Assembly: GCF_044704955.1 (NCBI RefSeq)
Contig: NC_091981.1
Location: 226,238,001-226,302,000 of the forward strand
Reading direction: 5' to 3'
DNA length: 64,000 nt
From: Pristiophorus japonicus
Taxonomy: Eukaryota
Each line of letters opens with the position of its first letter. The stretch's first letter is position 1. Below the pieces are notes generated by a model. That model was not told where the DNA came from. It saw only the letters and a program-made list of their open reading frames with translations, and searched no databases. Made by a program: the position numbers and the translations under genes. Below, in pieces: positions 63,301-64,000 of the stretch.

Positions 63301-64000
63301 TATTGTACTTGGAGTGGGGTTTCTATATTTTACTTGCAGTGTGGTTTCTGTATTGTACTTTGAGTGGGGTTTCTGTATTGTTCTTTGAGTGGGGTTTCTA
63401 TATTGTACTTCGAGTGGGGTTTATATATTGTACTTTGAGTGGGGTGTCTGTATTGCACTTTGAGTGGGGTTTCTGTATTGTACTTGGAGTGGTGTTTCTG
63501 TATTGTACTTGGGTTGGGGTTTATATATTGTACTTTGAGTGGGGTGTCTGTACTGCACTTTGAGTAGGGTTTCTGTTTTGTACTTTGAGTGGGGTTTCTA
63601 TATTGTACTTTGAGTGGGTTTGCTATATTGTACTTGGAGTGGGCTTTCTACATTGTACTTTGAGTGGGTTTGCTGCATTGTCCTTTGAGTGGCGTTTCTG
63701 TCTTATACTTGGAGTGGGGTTTCTATATTGTACTTGGGGTGGGGTTTCTATATTGTACTTGGAGTGGGTTTTCTGTATTTTACTTGCAGTGTGGTTTCTG
63801 TATTGTACTTTGAGTGGGGTTTCTATATTGTACCTGGAGTGGGGTTTCTATATTGTACCTGGAGTGGGGTTTCTATATTGTACTTGGAGTGTGGTTTCTA
63901 TGTTGTACTTTGAGTGGGGTTTCGATATTGTAGTTGGAGTGGGGTTTCTGTATGGTACTTGGAGTGGGGTTTCTGTATTGTACTTGGGGTGGGGTTTCTA
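60373..64000. repeat. 25-bp tandem satellite, consensus TATTGTACTT(T/G)GAGTGGGGTTTCT(A/G), continuing past the window end
   Basis: GGGGTTTCT recurs at 60421, 60446, 60471 and onward with period 25; the LYCTWSG-type ORFs are repeat artefacts. Confidence 0.97.

Noticed and set aside
60373-64000. CRISPR-like array, telomeric repeat or repetitive membrane protein
   Set aside because: Head-to-tail 25-mers with no unique spacers, no cas genes and no TTAGGG; the ORFs are frame-cycling artefacts.

Overview
Vertebrate nuclear DNA. The repeat content (CR1 LINEs with (TTCTTATG)n/(TTTCTATG)n tails, DeuSINE-like SINEs, Penelope, RTE) suggests a cartilaginous fish (shark); this is an inference. Two host genes lie tail to tail, as in other gnathostomes: the last three coding exons of PTER (+; 32450-32715, 41171-41311, 43406-43616) and the complete two-exon CDS of C1QL3 (-; 47253-46669, 46000-45821). 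I could not find the first PTER coding exon, so 1-32449 is probably one very large intron. That stretch holds two decayed Ty3/Gypsy LTR elements with intact LTRs and 5-bp TSDs, many CR1 copies including a multi-layer nest, a PIF/Harbinger-like TIR element, MITEs and a gapped GA/G-rich repeat. Upstream of C1QL3 are SINEs, a rearranged U2 snRNA copy, a nested LINE/CR1/RTE stack and a 25-bp tandem satellite running off the end. The strongest leads are: (1) a circularly permuted U2 snRNA-derived retrosequence ending exactly at U2 nt 38; (2) an in-frame AUU-initiated 30-aa extension that could make C1QL3 a type II membrane protein; (3) CTCF-like motifs in the LTRs of two different Gypsy families; (4) unusual insertion junctions (a 72-bp target duplication and a snap-back hairpin). 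I see no convincing new protein-coding system. All coordinates were read by eye, and boundaries of old repeats are approximate.
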